43,775 bases of DNA from an uncultured Methanosarcinales archaeon (GCA_964492935.1 CAZBLF010000005.1:1-43775), one strand, 5' to 3'. Counted from the first letter of the stretch, positions 20,787 to 30,294 are shown. Program-made: numbers and translations. Notes: generated by a model from the letters alone, not told the origin.

Positions 20787-21713
20787 ATGGTTAGCAGTTC
20801 ATTTAAGGGACGTGATGTTCTCTCTATCAATGATTTTTCTCGTGAGGATTTATTGCATTTATTGAAGGTTGCTGGAGAGTTAGAAAAAAAGCCGCGACCG
20901 GACTTGTTGAAAGGTAAGATTATGGCTTCCTTGTTCTTTGAACCGAGTACTCGTACTAAGCTGAGTTTTGCAGCTAGTATGTTGAAATTGGGCGGCCAGG
21001 TTATCGGTTTTGCGGATGCGGGTACGACTTCGGTTAAGAAAGGGGAGACGTTATGGGACACGACGCGGATGGTGGAGGCTTACAGCGACGTTATTGTGAT
21101 GCGGCACTCTGTGGAGGGAGCACCTCGTTTAAGCGCAGAGGCGGCCTCTATACCGGTTGTCAATGCAGGAGATGGTGCTAATCAACATCCGACACAGACA
21201 TTGTTGGATTTGTATACTATTCAGAAGGAGCATGGAGACTTTGATGGGATGACGATTGGTTTTGTAGGAGATTTAAAGTATGGTCGCACGGTGCACAGTT
21301 TGGCTGTAGCGTTAAGTCATTTTAAGTGTAGTATGCATTTTGTTGCTCCTAATGCATTGAAGATGCCGGATTCGTATATTTCGATGTTGAAAGAGAAGGG
21401 CATAGTGGTTACGGAGACGGATGATTTAGAGGGTGCAGCGAAGGAATTTGATGTGCTGTATATGACTCGGATTCAGGAAGAGCGCTTTCCGGACCCGATT
21501 GAGTATCAGAAGTATAAATCGGTGTATCGGATTGATAAGAAGATTCTGAAGCTTTGCAAGGAGTCGGTTAAGATTATGCATCCTTTACCGCGAGTAGGGG
21601 AAATTGATCCGGCTCTTGATGAAATGGAACAGGCTATCTACTTCAAGCAGGCTGCAAATGGGATTCCGGTTAGACAGGCGATCTTAGGATTAGTCTTGGG
21701 GAAATTAGAATGA
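20787..21713 (+). CDS. pyrB: Aspartate carbamoyltransferase catalytic subunit
   Basis: FFEPSTRT, HPTQTLLD, GDLKYGRTVHS and MHPLPR motifs. Confidence 0.98.
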   Translation: MVSSSFKGRDVLSINDFSREDLLHLLKVAGELEKKPRPDLLKGKIMASLFFEPSTRTKLSFAASMLKLGGQVIGFADAGTTSVKKGETLWDTTRMVEAYSDVIVMRHSVEGAPRLSAEAASIPVVNAGDGANQHPTQTLLDLYTIQKEHGDFDGMTIGFVGDLKYGRTVHSLAVALSHFKCSMHFVAPNALKMPDSYISMLKEKGIVVTETDDLEGAAKEFDVLYMTRIQEERFPDPIEYQKYKSVYRIDKKILKLCKESVKIMHPLPRVGEIDPALDEMEQAIYFKQAANGIPVRQAILGLVLGKLE

Positions 21714-22165
21714 GCGGTAAAACATTGCGGATAGCTGCGATTAAAGAGGGTACGGTGATTGACCATATTCCTGCTGAAAAGATCTTTTCTGTTGTTCGCT
21801 TTTTGAAATTGGATAAAGCAAGCGGTCCGGTCTCGGTTGCCACAAACTTGATGAGTAAGTTGCTCGGTAAGAAAGGTGTTATCAAGATTTCGGGTCGAGA
21901 GTTAACGTCGGTTGAGGTTGAGGAGATTGCTTTATTGGCTCCGGAGGCGACGATTAACATTATCAAGGAGTATGATGTGGCACAGAAGCGGCAGGTTACG
22001 TTGCCGAAGCAGATTAAGGGGTTTGTCTGTTGTATGAATCCGAATTGTATTACGAACAAGCAGCCGGTTTCTACTCGGTTTTCTGTGAAAAATCAGGATG
22101 GATTGAAATTGAAGTGTAGTTATTGTGAACGCGAGATGGGGCAGCGGCAAATACGGATTATATGA
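21710..22165 (+). CDS. pyrI: Aspartate carbamoyltransferase regulatory subunit
   Basis: IKEGTVIDHI; Zn ligands CMNPNC...CSYC. Confidence 0.96.
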   Translation: MSGKTLRIAAIKEGTVIDHIPAEKIFSVVRFLKLDKASGPVSVATNLMSKLLGKKGVIKISGRELTSVEVEEIALLAPEATINIIKEYDVAQKRQVTLPKQIKGFVCCMNPNCITNKQPVSTRFSVKNQDGLKLKCSYCEREMGQRQIRII

Positions 22166-23550
22166 AATCGACGTTATTGAAGAATTGTAAGGTGCTTGTT
22201 GAGGGTGAATTGGTGAAACGTCACCTGTTTTTAGAGGATCACAAGATTGCTCATGTTTCTGAGGATATTATTGCTGCGGATATGGTTGTTGATATTAAGG
22301 GGAAGATTGTGATTCCGGGATTAATTGACTGTCATGTTCATTTTAGAGATCCTGGGATGACGCAGAAGGAGGATTTGCATTCTGGTGGTAAGGCGGCAGT
22401 AAAGGGTGGCATTACTACGATTATGGACATGCCGAATACCATTCCTGCGATGATGACGCTGAAGCGGTTAGAGGAGAAGAGGAAGCTGGCGGTGGGCATG
22501 TTGTGTAATTATGGATTTCACTTTGGAAGTAGTCTCGGTAATTTACAGGAGATTAAGCAGGTTAAGAATATTCCTTCGGTTAAAATTTATATGGACAGTA
22601 CGACAGGAGATTTGCGGATGACGGACATTGATGCGGTTGCGCAGGTTGTTGAGCACAGTGCGTTTTGTTCGTTCCATGCTGAGCAAAAGAGTTTGGAGAA
22701 GGCAATTGATATTGTTAAAGAGTTGAAGAAAAAGATGTATGCGTGCCATGTTTCCTTAGCTTCGGAGGTTGCTTTAATCAAGAAGAATAAGAATCGCGTT
22801 TTCATGGAGGTGTGTCCTCACCATTTGTTCTTGACGGAAGCAGATAATGAAAGACTAGGGATGTTACAGCATGTGAAGCCGACATTAAAGAAGCAGACAG
22901 ATCAGGATGCGTTGTGGGATGCTATCGATAAAGGATTAGTAGATACTATTTGTACGGATCATGCACCTCATTTGAAGTCGGAGAAATTGGAGAAGGTTAC
23001 GTATGGTTTTCCCGGTGTTGAGACGATGTTGCCTTTACTTTTGGATGCGGTAAATAATGATCGTTTAACGTTGGCTAGAGTTGTTGAATTGACTTCTACG
23101 AATGCTGCTAAAATATTTGGTTTGAAGACGAAGGGAAAGATTGAGGATGGGTATGATGCTGATTTGACTGTGGTGTCGATGGAGCTTTCTCGCATAGTTA
23201 AGGCGGAGAATTTAGTTTCTAAATCCGGGTGGAGTCCGTTTGAGGGAAAAACATTAAAAGGATGGCCGATTGCCACGTATGTAGCCGGAAGGTTGGTTTA
23301 TGATGGCACGTTTCACAATCATCCCGGTAAGGAAATTACTGTGGAGCGGCCGAAGGAACGGTTTAAGAAGAAAGTTGTTGTTGAAGAGACCGGATTGAAT
23401 GAGGATTTTCATGATGGGCATGTTGAAGAGCAGGAAAAGAGTGAAGGAGAACTTCCTGAGGAACAGGAAAAGAGTGAAGGAGATATTCCTGAAGATCAGG
23501 AAAAGGAAGGTGAGATGAATGAGCAAGGAAATAGCACAGTCACTGAATGA
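22162..23550 (+). CDS. pyrC: Dihydroorotase with an acidic repeat tail
   Basis: PGLIDCHVHFRDPG, DMPNT, EVCPHHL and TDHAPH motifs; lies within the pyr operon. Confidence 0.93.
   Translation: MKSTLLKNCKVLVEGELVKRHLFLEDHKIAHVSEDIIAADMVVDIKGKIVIPGLIDCHVHFRDPGMTQKEDLHSGGKAAVKGGITTIMDMPNTIPAMMTLKRLEEKRKLAVGMLCNYGFHFGSSLGNLQEIKQVKNIPSVKIYMDSTTGDLRMTDIDAVAQVVEHSAFCSFHAEQKSLEKAIDIVKELKKKMYACHVSLASEVALIKKNKNRVFMEVCPHHLFLTEADNERLGMLQHVKPTLKKQTDQDALWDAIDKGLVDTICTDHAPHLKSEKLEKVTYGFPGVETMLPLLLDAVNNDRLTLARVVELTSTNAAKIFGLKTKGKIEDGYDADLTVVSMELSRIVKAENLVSKSGWSPFEGKTLKGWPIATYVAGRLVYDGTFHNHPGKEITVERPKERFKKKVVVEETGLNEDFHDGHVEEQEKSEGELPEEQEKSEGDIPEDQEKEGEMNEQGNSTVTE
23425..23514 (+). repeat. 33-bp tandem repeat (about 2.7 copies) in the pyrC tail
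   Basis: EEQEKSEGELP / EEQEKSEGDIP / EDQEKEGE. Confidence 0.8.
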
Positions 23551-24124
23551 CGCTGGAGTCATGAAATTTGGTTTGTTTACGTTAGCTTCTAATAGAACCT
23601 CTCCCGTTTATATTGATATTAGAATTTTACCTTCGACGCCTAAGGCGTTTGATGCTATAGTAGATGCTTTGGTTGAGAAGGTTAAGGCATTGAAGGTTGA
23701 TGTGGTTGCTGGTTGTGAAACGGCTGGCATACCGATTGCGGCTGCGATTGCGATTAAGGCAGGGATGCCGATGATTTATGTTCGAAAGCGTGCTAAAGGT
23801 TATGGCACTAATAGTATGATTGAAGGTGTGTTAAAGAAGGGCCAGAAAGTTGTTTTGATCGATGATATGATTACGAATGGCAAGTCTAAGATTGGGTTTG
23901 TTGAGGGTGTTCGTAAGGAGGGTGCTGTCGTTTCTGATTGTTTAGTTATACTAGATAGAGAACAGGGCGGTTCTGATACGTTGGCCGAGGTTGACTTAAA
24001 GCTGCATTCGTTGATTACACTTAATGAATTTCTAGAGTTTATGAAGGAGTCGGGTGGTGTTGATGAGGACAATTACAACATCACCAAGAAGTATTTATCT
24101 AATCCTGAGCAGTGGAGTAATTAG
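23519..24124 (+). CDS. pyrE: Orotate phosphoribosyltransferase
   Basis: FTLASNRTSPVYID, YVRKRAKGYG and the PRPP motif VVLIDDMITNG. Confidence 0.95.
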   Translation: MSKEIAQSLNDAGVMKFGLFTLASNRTSPVYIDIRILPSTPKAFDAIVDALVEKVKALKVDVVAGCETAGIPIAAAIAIKAGMPMIYVRKRAKGYGTNSMIEGVLKKGQKVVLIDDMITNGKSKIGFVEGVRKEGAVVSDCLVILDREQGGSDTLAEVDLKLHSLITLNEFLEFMKESGGVDEDNYNITKKYLSNPEQWSN

Positions 24125-24438
24125 ATTAGGGGAATATCTTCGTCCAGTGGCTTGTACAATACGGCATTGGCGTAGTCTCCATTATCGTCTGGTACATCAA
24201 AATATCTGATACTTTCGAAGGAGCCGCCAGGGATTCCTCGTTTTCTAAGGTTGGCGTTTAATATATCTGCGAATCCATATGACTTTCCAGGGATATTGGA
24301 ATTATGTTGTAGGTGTTTTGGCAAATGAGGGTCTTGTGTGCGGACTTCAGGAACTTGATTTGTTAAGAACAGATCCACTATAAGCTGTGCCAGATCTCCA
24401 AATGTCTGGTCTTTTTTGAGGCCGTCCTGAATACTTGC
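24121..24438 (-). CDS. Hypothetical protein; start codon possibly damaged
   Basis: The frame extends upstream of GTG 24378 (ASIQDGLKKDQTFGDLAQLIVDL...) to a TAG located where a leaderless ATG is expected. Confidence 0.45.
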   Translation of the reverse strand, partial: ASIQDGLKKDQTFGDLAQLIVDLFLTNQVPEVRTQDPHLPKHLQHNSNIPGKSYGFADILNANLRKRGIPGGSFESIRYFDVPDDNGDYANAVLYKPLDEDIPLI

Positions 24439-24472
24439 CTAGTGTGAGGAGAAGAGGACTTACGTTAAAAGA

Positions 24473-25531
24473 TTACTTCTTTTTTGGATCTAAATGCACA
24501 TCTACCTGTGGGTAGGGGATTTCGATCTTGTTCTTGTTGAGTGCGTTGTAAATTTTGCAATTGAGAAGTTCTTTTGTTGAGAAGCGGTCTTTGTAAGAGG
24601 TTAGCCAGACGTAGGCTTTGAAATTTAAGGAGGAGTCTGCCATTTCTAGGAACATGACTTTGGGTTCGTTTTCTTTGTCGAGGTTTTTGATCTTTTTAAT
24701 TTCTTCCATGACTATTTTCTTTACCTTATTGATGTTGACGCCGTAGGCAACGGAAAAAGGGATGATGATTCTTGCTTTGGGATTTGGCAAAACGTAATTG
24801 AGGATGACTTCGTTTGCTAATTCTCCGTTGGGGATGATTTTTACCTCGTTGTCCCAGGTTCTAATTCTTGTAGCTCTCAGTCCTATATCGATGACTTCGC
24901 CATAGGTATCTGTTCCGATCTTGATGACGTCGCCGACACGTACGCTGCGATCTGCGATAATCGAGATTCCACCAAAGATGTTGCCTAAGGTTTTTTGGAG
25001 ACCAAAAGCGATGGCAACTCCTACGACTCCGATGGATGCTAATAGGGGTCCTACTTCGACGCCCCAGATTTGGAGAATGAACATGCCTGCTACAATCACG
25101 GTGATGAAACGTGTTGCTTTGTGGCCGAGGCTCAGAATTTGATCATCTGCCTTTGAATCGGTTGCTGCTGTTAAGCGTTTTCCCCAGTGTTCTATCACTA
25201 AATCGAGAAAGATAACGCTGATGTAGGAGATGATGATGACGGTGATTGAGGAGAATACTTTTTGGAGGCCTGCTGCGATTGCGCCGGCGAGTTGTAGTGG
25301 TACGATGGCTAATTTTGTTCCGAAGAGGAGGATGAGCAGTGCTACAGGAGCTTCGGATTGCTTAAGCAGTTTATCATCAAAAGTGGTTTTGGTTTTTTCT
25401 GTTAGTTTGATGAGATATTTCTTGAAGATCATGTATGCTAGTTTTGCTATGACGAAAAAGAGGACTAATGTGGTTAGTGCTACCACGTATTTGTTTGAGA
25501 GAATACCTTGTGCAAGTGCGTTTAGAGGCAT
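24473..25531 (-). CDS. Small-conductance mechanosensitive channel (MscS family)
   Basis: TM helices, GVAIAFGLQKTLGNIFGG, IGLRATRIRT, IPNGEL and IEIPYP motifs. Confidence 0.94.
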   Translation of the reverse strand: MPLNALAQGILSNKYVVALTTLVLFFVIAKLAYMIFKKYLIKLTEKTKTTFDDKLLKQSEAPVALLILLFGTKLAIVPLQLAGAIAAGLQKVFSSITVIIISYISVIFLDLVIEHWGKRLTAATDSKADDQILSLGHKATRFITVIVAGMFILQIWGVEVGPLLASIGVVGVAIAFGLQKTLGNIFGGISIIADRSVRVGDVIKIGTDTYGEVIDIGLRATRIRTWDNEVKIIPNGELANEVILNYVLPNPKARIIIPFSVAYGVNINKVKKIVMEEIKKIKNLDKENEPKVMFLEMADSSLNFKAYVWLTSYKDRFSTKELLNCKIYNALNKNKIEIPYPQVDVHLDPKKK

Positions 25532-25577
25532 AGCTGGTTTGGAAGTGTTATTGTTTAAAAAGGTTTCTAAGGTTTGT

Positions 25578-25701
25578 AACTGCTAACAGCTTCAAAACTC
25601 TCGCTCTTCAAATTGAAAGCTCGGCGACCCGGATGGTGCAACCCCCGCTACGAGTCTTCAGTCGAATAGTAAGGAGTTTTGACTTTATGCTGTTAGCAGT
25701 T
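25578..25701. repeat. Long imperfect inverted repeat / structured element (attC-like ends)
   Basis: AACTGCTAACAGC (25578-90) pairs with GCTGTTAGCAGTT (25689-701). TCAAAACTC pairs with GAGTTTTGA. Inner stems are also present. Confidence 0.75.
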
Positions 25702-25710
25702 TCTAAGAAG

Positions 25711-26283
25711 TTACTTTTTGGTTTCAGGTTCTTTCTTTGGTGCAGGTTTTTTCTTAGGTAGTTCTTTTATTTCTTGAATAAGTTGAGTGGAACACGGTAG
25801 TTTTTTGCCTGCCTTAGAAAGTGCTAGTTTTGCAACTGCTATTTTGCTTTTAGGGACGCCTGCGGTAAAGAGAACGTCTCCTTTCTTTACACGGATTGCA
25901 TTTCCAATAGGTTTTCCAAAGGCCTTCTGCATTCCTGTAGAGAATCGGTCTGCTCCTGCTCCACTGGCTAGAGGATTTTCTCTCAATACATGATGGGGAT
26001 ATTTTCTGACTTGGAAAAAGTAGCCTTTCTGACCTAATTCTCTTTCTAGCGTTCTATTAGCGGTCATTCTCGCCGATTCTAGTGCGTTATCTCGAATTTG
26101 AAGATCTCTTTTAGAATGTAGATGGAAGTAGACAGGATAGGTCTTTTTGGTGTTTCCTGATACAAATTTTACAATGCGCTTGTGCGGAGAGGCTTTGATG
26201 AACGACTTTTTCTTGAATTTTGAGATTCTTGTATAGGGTCGTTCAAGCTTTCTGTATGCGGAAAAGCGTCTAATTCTTGCCAT
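25711..26283 (-). CDS. rpl10e: 50S ribosomal protein L10e (uL16)
   Basis: QIRDNALESAR, YPHHVLREN and GADRFSTGMQKAFGKP motifs. Confidence 0.96.
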   Translation of the reverse strand: MARIRRFSAYRKLERPYTRISKFKKKSFIKASPHKRIVKFVSGNTKKTYPVYFHLHSKRDLQIRDNALESARMTANRTLERELGQKGYFFQVRKYPHHVLRENPLASGAGADRFSTGMQKAFGKPIGNAIRVKKGDVLFTAGVPKSKIAVAKLALSKAGKKLPCSTQLIQEIKELPKKKPAPKKEPETKK

Positions 26284-26326
26284 GTCTTTGAGAATCTCAG
26301 ATTCCTTTTTAAAGGTTTGTAATGGA

Positions 26327-28111
26327 TTAGCTTAGGCTGAAGGTCTGGTTGGTTGGGGTGAAGACCCAGTAGCCTTTCCCGGGTTCTAGTGTTGAAAGGG
26401 TGTTTAGTGTAGTGGTGCGGTCTTGGTACGATGTCCAGGTGTTGTTGGTGAAGGTGTAGATGCGTTCGATGTCTGAATTAGTGGTGAGGCTTGAAATTGT
26501 CTTGGTTTGGGTTGAGGGATAGGCTATGAGATTCCAGCCGGAGATGGTGTGTATGGAATTGGTTGTTGCCTGTCCGGTTATTTCGTGAAGGACTGGTTCT
26601 TTCATTTTTATTAGGAGTCCATGGGAGAGGTTTAATTGAGTTAGGGTTGCGGTGTTGGGTGAGGTTGGATCGAAGATGAAGGTGGTGCCATTATTATCGA
26701 CGTATTGGATGAGGGTGATGCTGTTTTCGATGCTTTCGAAGATTCCGGGAAGGGAGGTGTTGACGTCTAGCGGCAGGGAGATGATATTCCAGCCTTTTGA
26801 GAGATTCAGAGTTATGGTTTTTTCTACTATGCCGAGTGCTGCGCTCAGATTGATTCTGGGATAGGATCGTTGGGTTGAGGCGTCGAAGATTAAGGTGCCT
26901 GTGGTGTTTAATAGAGTTAGAATTTGGGAGTCGTTGATATTGGGATTTGCTTGTTTGATGAGTGCTATTGCTGCAGCAACATGCGGTGTTGCTTGTGAGG
27001 TGCCGGACTTGGTTCCGTATTGATTGTTGATTGCGGTTGACTTGATTAATCTTCCCGGTGCCAGAAGATCTAGGTTTTTGGCGCGGTTAGTTACTGAATG
27101 CAAGCTGTCATCGGGATTGACACTACCGACGGAGGTTGCGTTGGGGAGACATGCAGGTGCTGAGATTCCGGAGGTTGATCCACTATTGCCTGAGGCTGCT
27201 ACTACGCTGATATTTGCTTTTGCTGCTAGGCTTACTGCTTCTGCCTCGGCGCCATTGCTTGCTTTGCAGGAGGCTTCTGTGCTGAAGATTCCCGTGCCTA
27301 GGCTCAGAGACATTGCTGCGATGTTGTAGGTTGCTTTTTGTTGGGTACACCATTCTATGCCTGCGACAATATCAGAATCTGGGCAGTTTCCGGTGCTGCT
27401 GCAGACTTTGATTGCTAGCAATTTTGCGTCTGGTGCTACGCCGATATGGGATTTGCTTGAGGAGGTGAATGGTTCAGAGACAGCAATACCTGCTACATGG
27501 GTTCCGTGGCCATTGTCATCTAGAGGGTTGTTATCGTTATTGAAAAAGTCGTGGCCGGCTGGGATTTTTGTGCAGTTTCCTGCGAGAAACGTTGCTTCGG
27601 TGCAGTTTCCTAGGGATTGGTGACGGTAGTCGACTCCTGTATCTATGCTGCAGATTACTTGATTAGTTCCGGTGTAGCCGAGATTGTGGACGATGTCTGT
27701 GCCAGTTTGGGGGATGGATTCTGAAAGGAAGATGGTTGCGACGCGATCCTTCTTGATGTTCTTTACTGCTTTGTTGTTTTGGAGTTTTTCTAAGGCATCT
27801 TGTGTTATGGTTGCAGCTATTGCGTAGATGCTTTCGTATTGGTATTTGATGTCTATTTCTTTTTCGAGGAAGAGAAAATTTTGTTCTCGGATGTTGGCAA
27901 GTGCTTGTTGCTGAGCAAGCTCGACTTTAGTTGCTCTGGTTTGGTCGATTCCTATGAGTTCAAGTAAGGGATTATTTGGGATGTGTTGTAGTTCGATGAT
28001 GACTTTTGCTTCATTCGTTGTTTCAAGATCTTCTAGCACTTCTGGATCTACGTCTGCTGCTAGGGCTGTAGGGATGAGAATGAGTACTAGTAGTAATAGT
28101 CGGAGATACAT
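26327..28111 (-). CDS. Secreted subtilisin-like (S8) serine protease
   Basis: Signal peptide, propeptide, catalytic DTG / HGTHVAG / GTSQATPH, and C-terminal GWNIIS/GWNLIA repeats. Confidence 0.93.
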   Translation of the reverse strand: MYLRLLLLVLILIPTALAADVDPEVLEDLETTNEAKVIIELQHIPNNPLLELIGIDQTRATKVELAQQQALANIREQNFLFLEKEIDIKYQYESIYAIAATITQDALEKLQNNKAVKNIKKDRVATIFLSESIPQTGTDIVHNLGYTGTNQVICSIDTGVDYRHQSLGNCTEATFLAGNCTKIPAGHDFFNNDNNPLDDNGHGTHVAGIAVSEPFTSSSKSHIGVAPDAKLLAIKVCSSTGNCPDSDIVAGIEWCTQQKATYNIAAMSLSLGTGIFSTEASCKASNGAEAEAVSLAAKANISVVAASGNSGSTSGISAPACLPNATSVGSVNPDDSLHSVTNRAKNLDLLAPGRLIKSTAINNQYGTKSGTSQATPHVAAAIALIKQANPNINDSQILTLLNTTGTLIFDASTQRSYPRINLSAALGIVEKTITLNLSKGWNIISLPLDVNTSLPGIFESIENSITLIQYVDNNGTTFIFDPTSPNTATLTQLNLSHGLLIKMKEPVLHEITGQATTNSIHTISGWNLIAYPSTQTKTISSLTTNSDIERIYTFTNNTWTSYQDRTTTLNTLSTLEPGKGYWVFTPTNQTFSLS

Positions 28112-28156
28112 ACCTTAGGAGAGTGGCAGAACGTATAAAAAGATTGTTGTGTTTGT

Positions 28157-28855
28157 TTATCCAAGCGCTTTGACGTATTTTTCAGCGGCTTTGGTGATGT
28201 TCTTTGCGTTGTATAGTCCTCGGCCGATGATTGCGTGCCATCGATCGCCGGCTACTTTTCCGGATTCGGATAGTTTTCCGCCTTGCTCGATTAATCCTGG
28301 AGAATAGAATGTGGGTTTTAATCCGAAACTTTCTAGGAATCTTCGGTATTCCTGGATCATGAATGGTTTATTGCCTGGGACTACGAAATCATTAACACCG
28401 AGATTTGCTGCTATCTTGTAGATTTTCTTTGGCGCCATGTTTTCGATGAAGCCGCCTGATCGCTGAAGGTAGCCTTTATGCGTCATGTCTCCTCCGACAA
28501 GCACTCCTAATTTTTCTTTGAATGCGGCTTTAATCCATTTTTCTTCTGTAATGGGGCCGGCCATTGGGAAAAGAATAACGATATCAACACCTTTTATGGC
28601 TTTCATGAAGCGTTCTCCCATTTCGGGGATGTCGGTGCCTGCTTTTTGGTGATCATAGATGATGGGTAGATCTGAATGTTTCTTAATGGTTGCAAGAACC
28701 TCTTTCATGCCAAATCTAAGCACTAATTCGAAACCTATTTTGTAGGCTCCGATTCCTTTTACTTTGCAGGTGCCTTTTACAATGCGTTCAAGTTCTTTTA
28801 ATGTAGAAACATCGCACGAGGGGATGATACTTCGTTCGAGCTTAAAGGTAGCCAT
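28157..28855 (-). CDS. pyrF: Orotidine-5'-phosphate decarboxylase
   Basis: YKIG, DHQKAGTDIP (DxKxxDI variant), SPG..EQGG and IIGRGLY motifs. Confidence 0.85.
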   Translation of the reverse strand: MATFKLERSIIPSCDVSTLKELERIVKGTCKVKGIGAYKIGFELVLRFGMKEVLATIKKHSDLPIIYDHQKAGTDIPEMGERFMKAIKGVDIVILFPMAGPITEEKWIKAAFKEKLGVLVGGDMTHKGYLQRSGGFIENMAPKKIYKIAANLGVNDFVVPGNKPFMIQEYRRFLESFGLKPTFYSPGLIEQGGKLSESGKVAGDRWHAIIGRGLYNAKNITKAAEKYVKALG

Positions 28856-29040
28856 ACCCTATTTGTTAATTTACTCCTTTAAATAGTTTTTTAATTATTA
28901 GTGAAGGACAAACTTATTCAAATTGTGTCCGTTACTCCATAAACAAGCGACCTATCTGTTCGCTTGTTATAGTATCTGGGAGTGTCAATTGGGCCATAAC
29001 CTTTATTAAGGTGTAGTCTCTATCAGATTTGGGTGATTTT

Positions 29041-29799
29041 ATGGCAATACTATTTGGTGGATATTGGATGTGGATTTTGGTTTTTATTGTAGTTTCCGGC
29101 TTGAAGGTTGTGAAGCAATATGAGCGTGGTGTTCGATTTACGTTGGGGAAGTTTTCTGGTAGTATTGAGCCTGGATTGAGATTTGTTATTCCTATTTTGC
29201 AGACATGGGAGAGAATAGATGTTCGTGTAAAGACGGTGGATATTCCGTCACAGGAGGCTGTGAGTAAGGATAATGTTTCGTTGAAGGTTAATGCTGTGTT
29301 GTATTACAAGGTTATTGATGCGTCTAAAGCAGTATTGGAGGTTGAGGCGTTTAATTTTGCTGTCTCTCAGCTTGCGCAGACTACGATGAGAAATATTGTT
29401 GGTGAGTTTGAGTTGGATGAAATTTTGCAGCAGCGAGAGGATATTTCTAATAAGATTCAGCAGATTGTTGATAAGGATACCGATCCTTGGGGCATTAAGG
29501 TTGAGAAGATTGAGATTAAGGATATTGGATTGCCGGAAAATATGAAGCGTGCGATGGCTAATCAGGCTGAATCGGAGCGAGATAGAAGAGCTAGAGTTAT
29601 TCTTGCGAAAGGTGAGGAGCAGGCTGCTGTTGCTCTTGCAAAGGCTGGTGCGATGATTGGTAAGGATCCTGCATCATTGCAGTTAAGGCTTTTCCAGACG
29701 ATGACTGATATTGCATCGGAGAAGAATAGCACGATTATTTTGCCGGTGCCAACAGAGCTTATTGAGTATCTTAAGGTCTCTGCAAACTTGAAGAAATAA
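29041..29799 (+). CDS. SPFH/band-7 (stomatin/slipin) protein
   Basis: N-terminal TM, QLAQTTMR, WGIKVEKIEIKD and AMANQAESER motifs; GGTGA SD. Confidence 0.94.
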   Translation: MAILFGGYWMWILVFIVVSGLKVVKQYERGVRFTLGKFSGSIEPGLRFVIPILQTWERIDVRVKTVDIPSQEAVSKDNVSLKVNAVLYYKVIDASKAVLEVEAFNFAVSQLAQTTMRNIVGEFELDEILQQREDISNKIQQIVDKDTDPWGIKVEKIEIKDIGLPENMKRAMANQAESERDRRARVILAKGEEQAAVALAKAGAMIGKDPASLQLRLFQTMTDIASEKNSTIILPVPTELIEYLKVSANLKK

Positions 29800-30128
29800 T
29801 GCTTGATGTAGCGACGTTTGTTTGCGATAGAAGGTGTGGTGAATGCTGTAAGCGGCTTACTGTTGTGGTTTCGCCATCCGATATTACACGCATTGAGGCG
29901 TTAGGACATTCTGATTTTGTTAAATTTTCTGGTGATGTGCGTGAGGGGCGCGTTATTTTGAAGCATTCTAGGAATGGGTGGTGTGTTTTTCTGAAACAGG
30001 ATGTGGATGGATTGTATGGTTGTTCTATACATGACTCTCGTCCTGAGGTGTGTCGAAAGTATCCTTTTTTTGGTGATCCGATTTCTGATTGTCGGCCGAA
30101 GGTGTTTGGGGAAGGTGGCTCTCGATAA
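29799..30128 (+). CDS. YkgJ-family cysteine-cluster (putative Zn/Fe-S) protein
   Basis: CxRxCGECC, CVFL and CSIHDSRPEVCRKYPF motifs. Confidence 0.88.
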   Translation: MLDVATFVCDRRCGECCKRLTVVVSPSDITRIEALGHSDFVKFSGDVREGRVILKHSRNGWCVFLKQDVDGLYGCSIHDSRPEVCRKYPFFGDPISDCRPKVFGEGGSR

Positions 30129-30130
30129 TC

Positions 30131-30212
30131 TGCTAATCATGCCGAGGCACGGTGTACTTATGAGCTTCCCCTGGAATCTCATACACCTCGATGGGCGTCG
30201 GCATGATTAGCA
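30131..30212. repeat. Long inverted repeat / hairpin
   Basis: Perfect 15-bp TGCTAATCATGCCGA / TCGGCATGATTAGCA arms plus inner GGTG/CACC, TATGAG/CTCATA and TTCC/GGAA stems. Confidence 0.78.
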
Positions 30213-30294
30213 ATATTGATGATGTATTAATAGGTAACATTTTTAAAGCATCTCTTGTTTCTGAGATTACACTTACTTACGGAGGTAATTATAC

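Noticed and set aside
25600..25680. Hammerhead ribozyme (CTGAAGA on the minus strand)
   Set aside because: There is no correctly placed GAAA core after a stem II on that strand.
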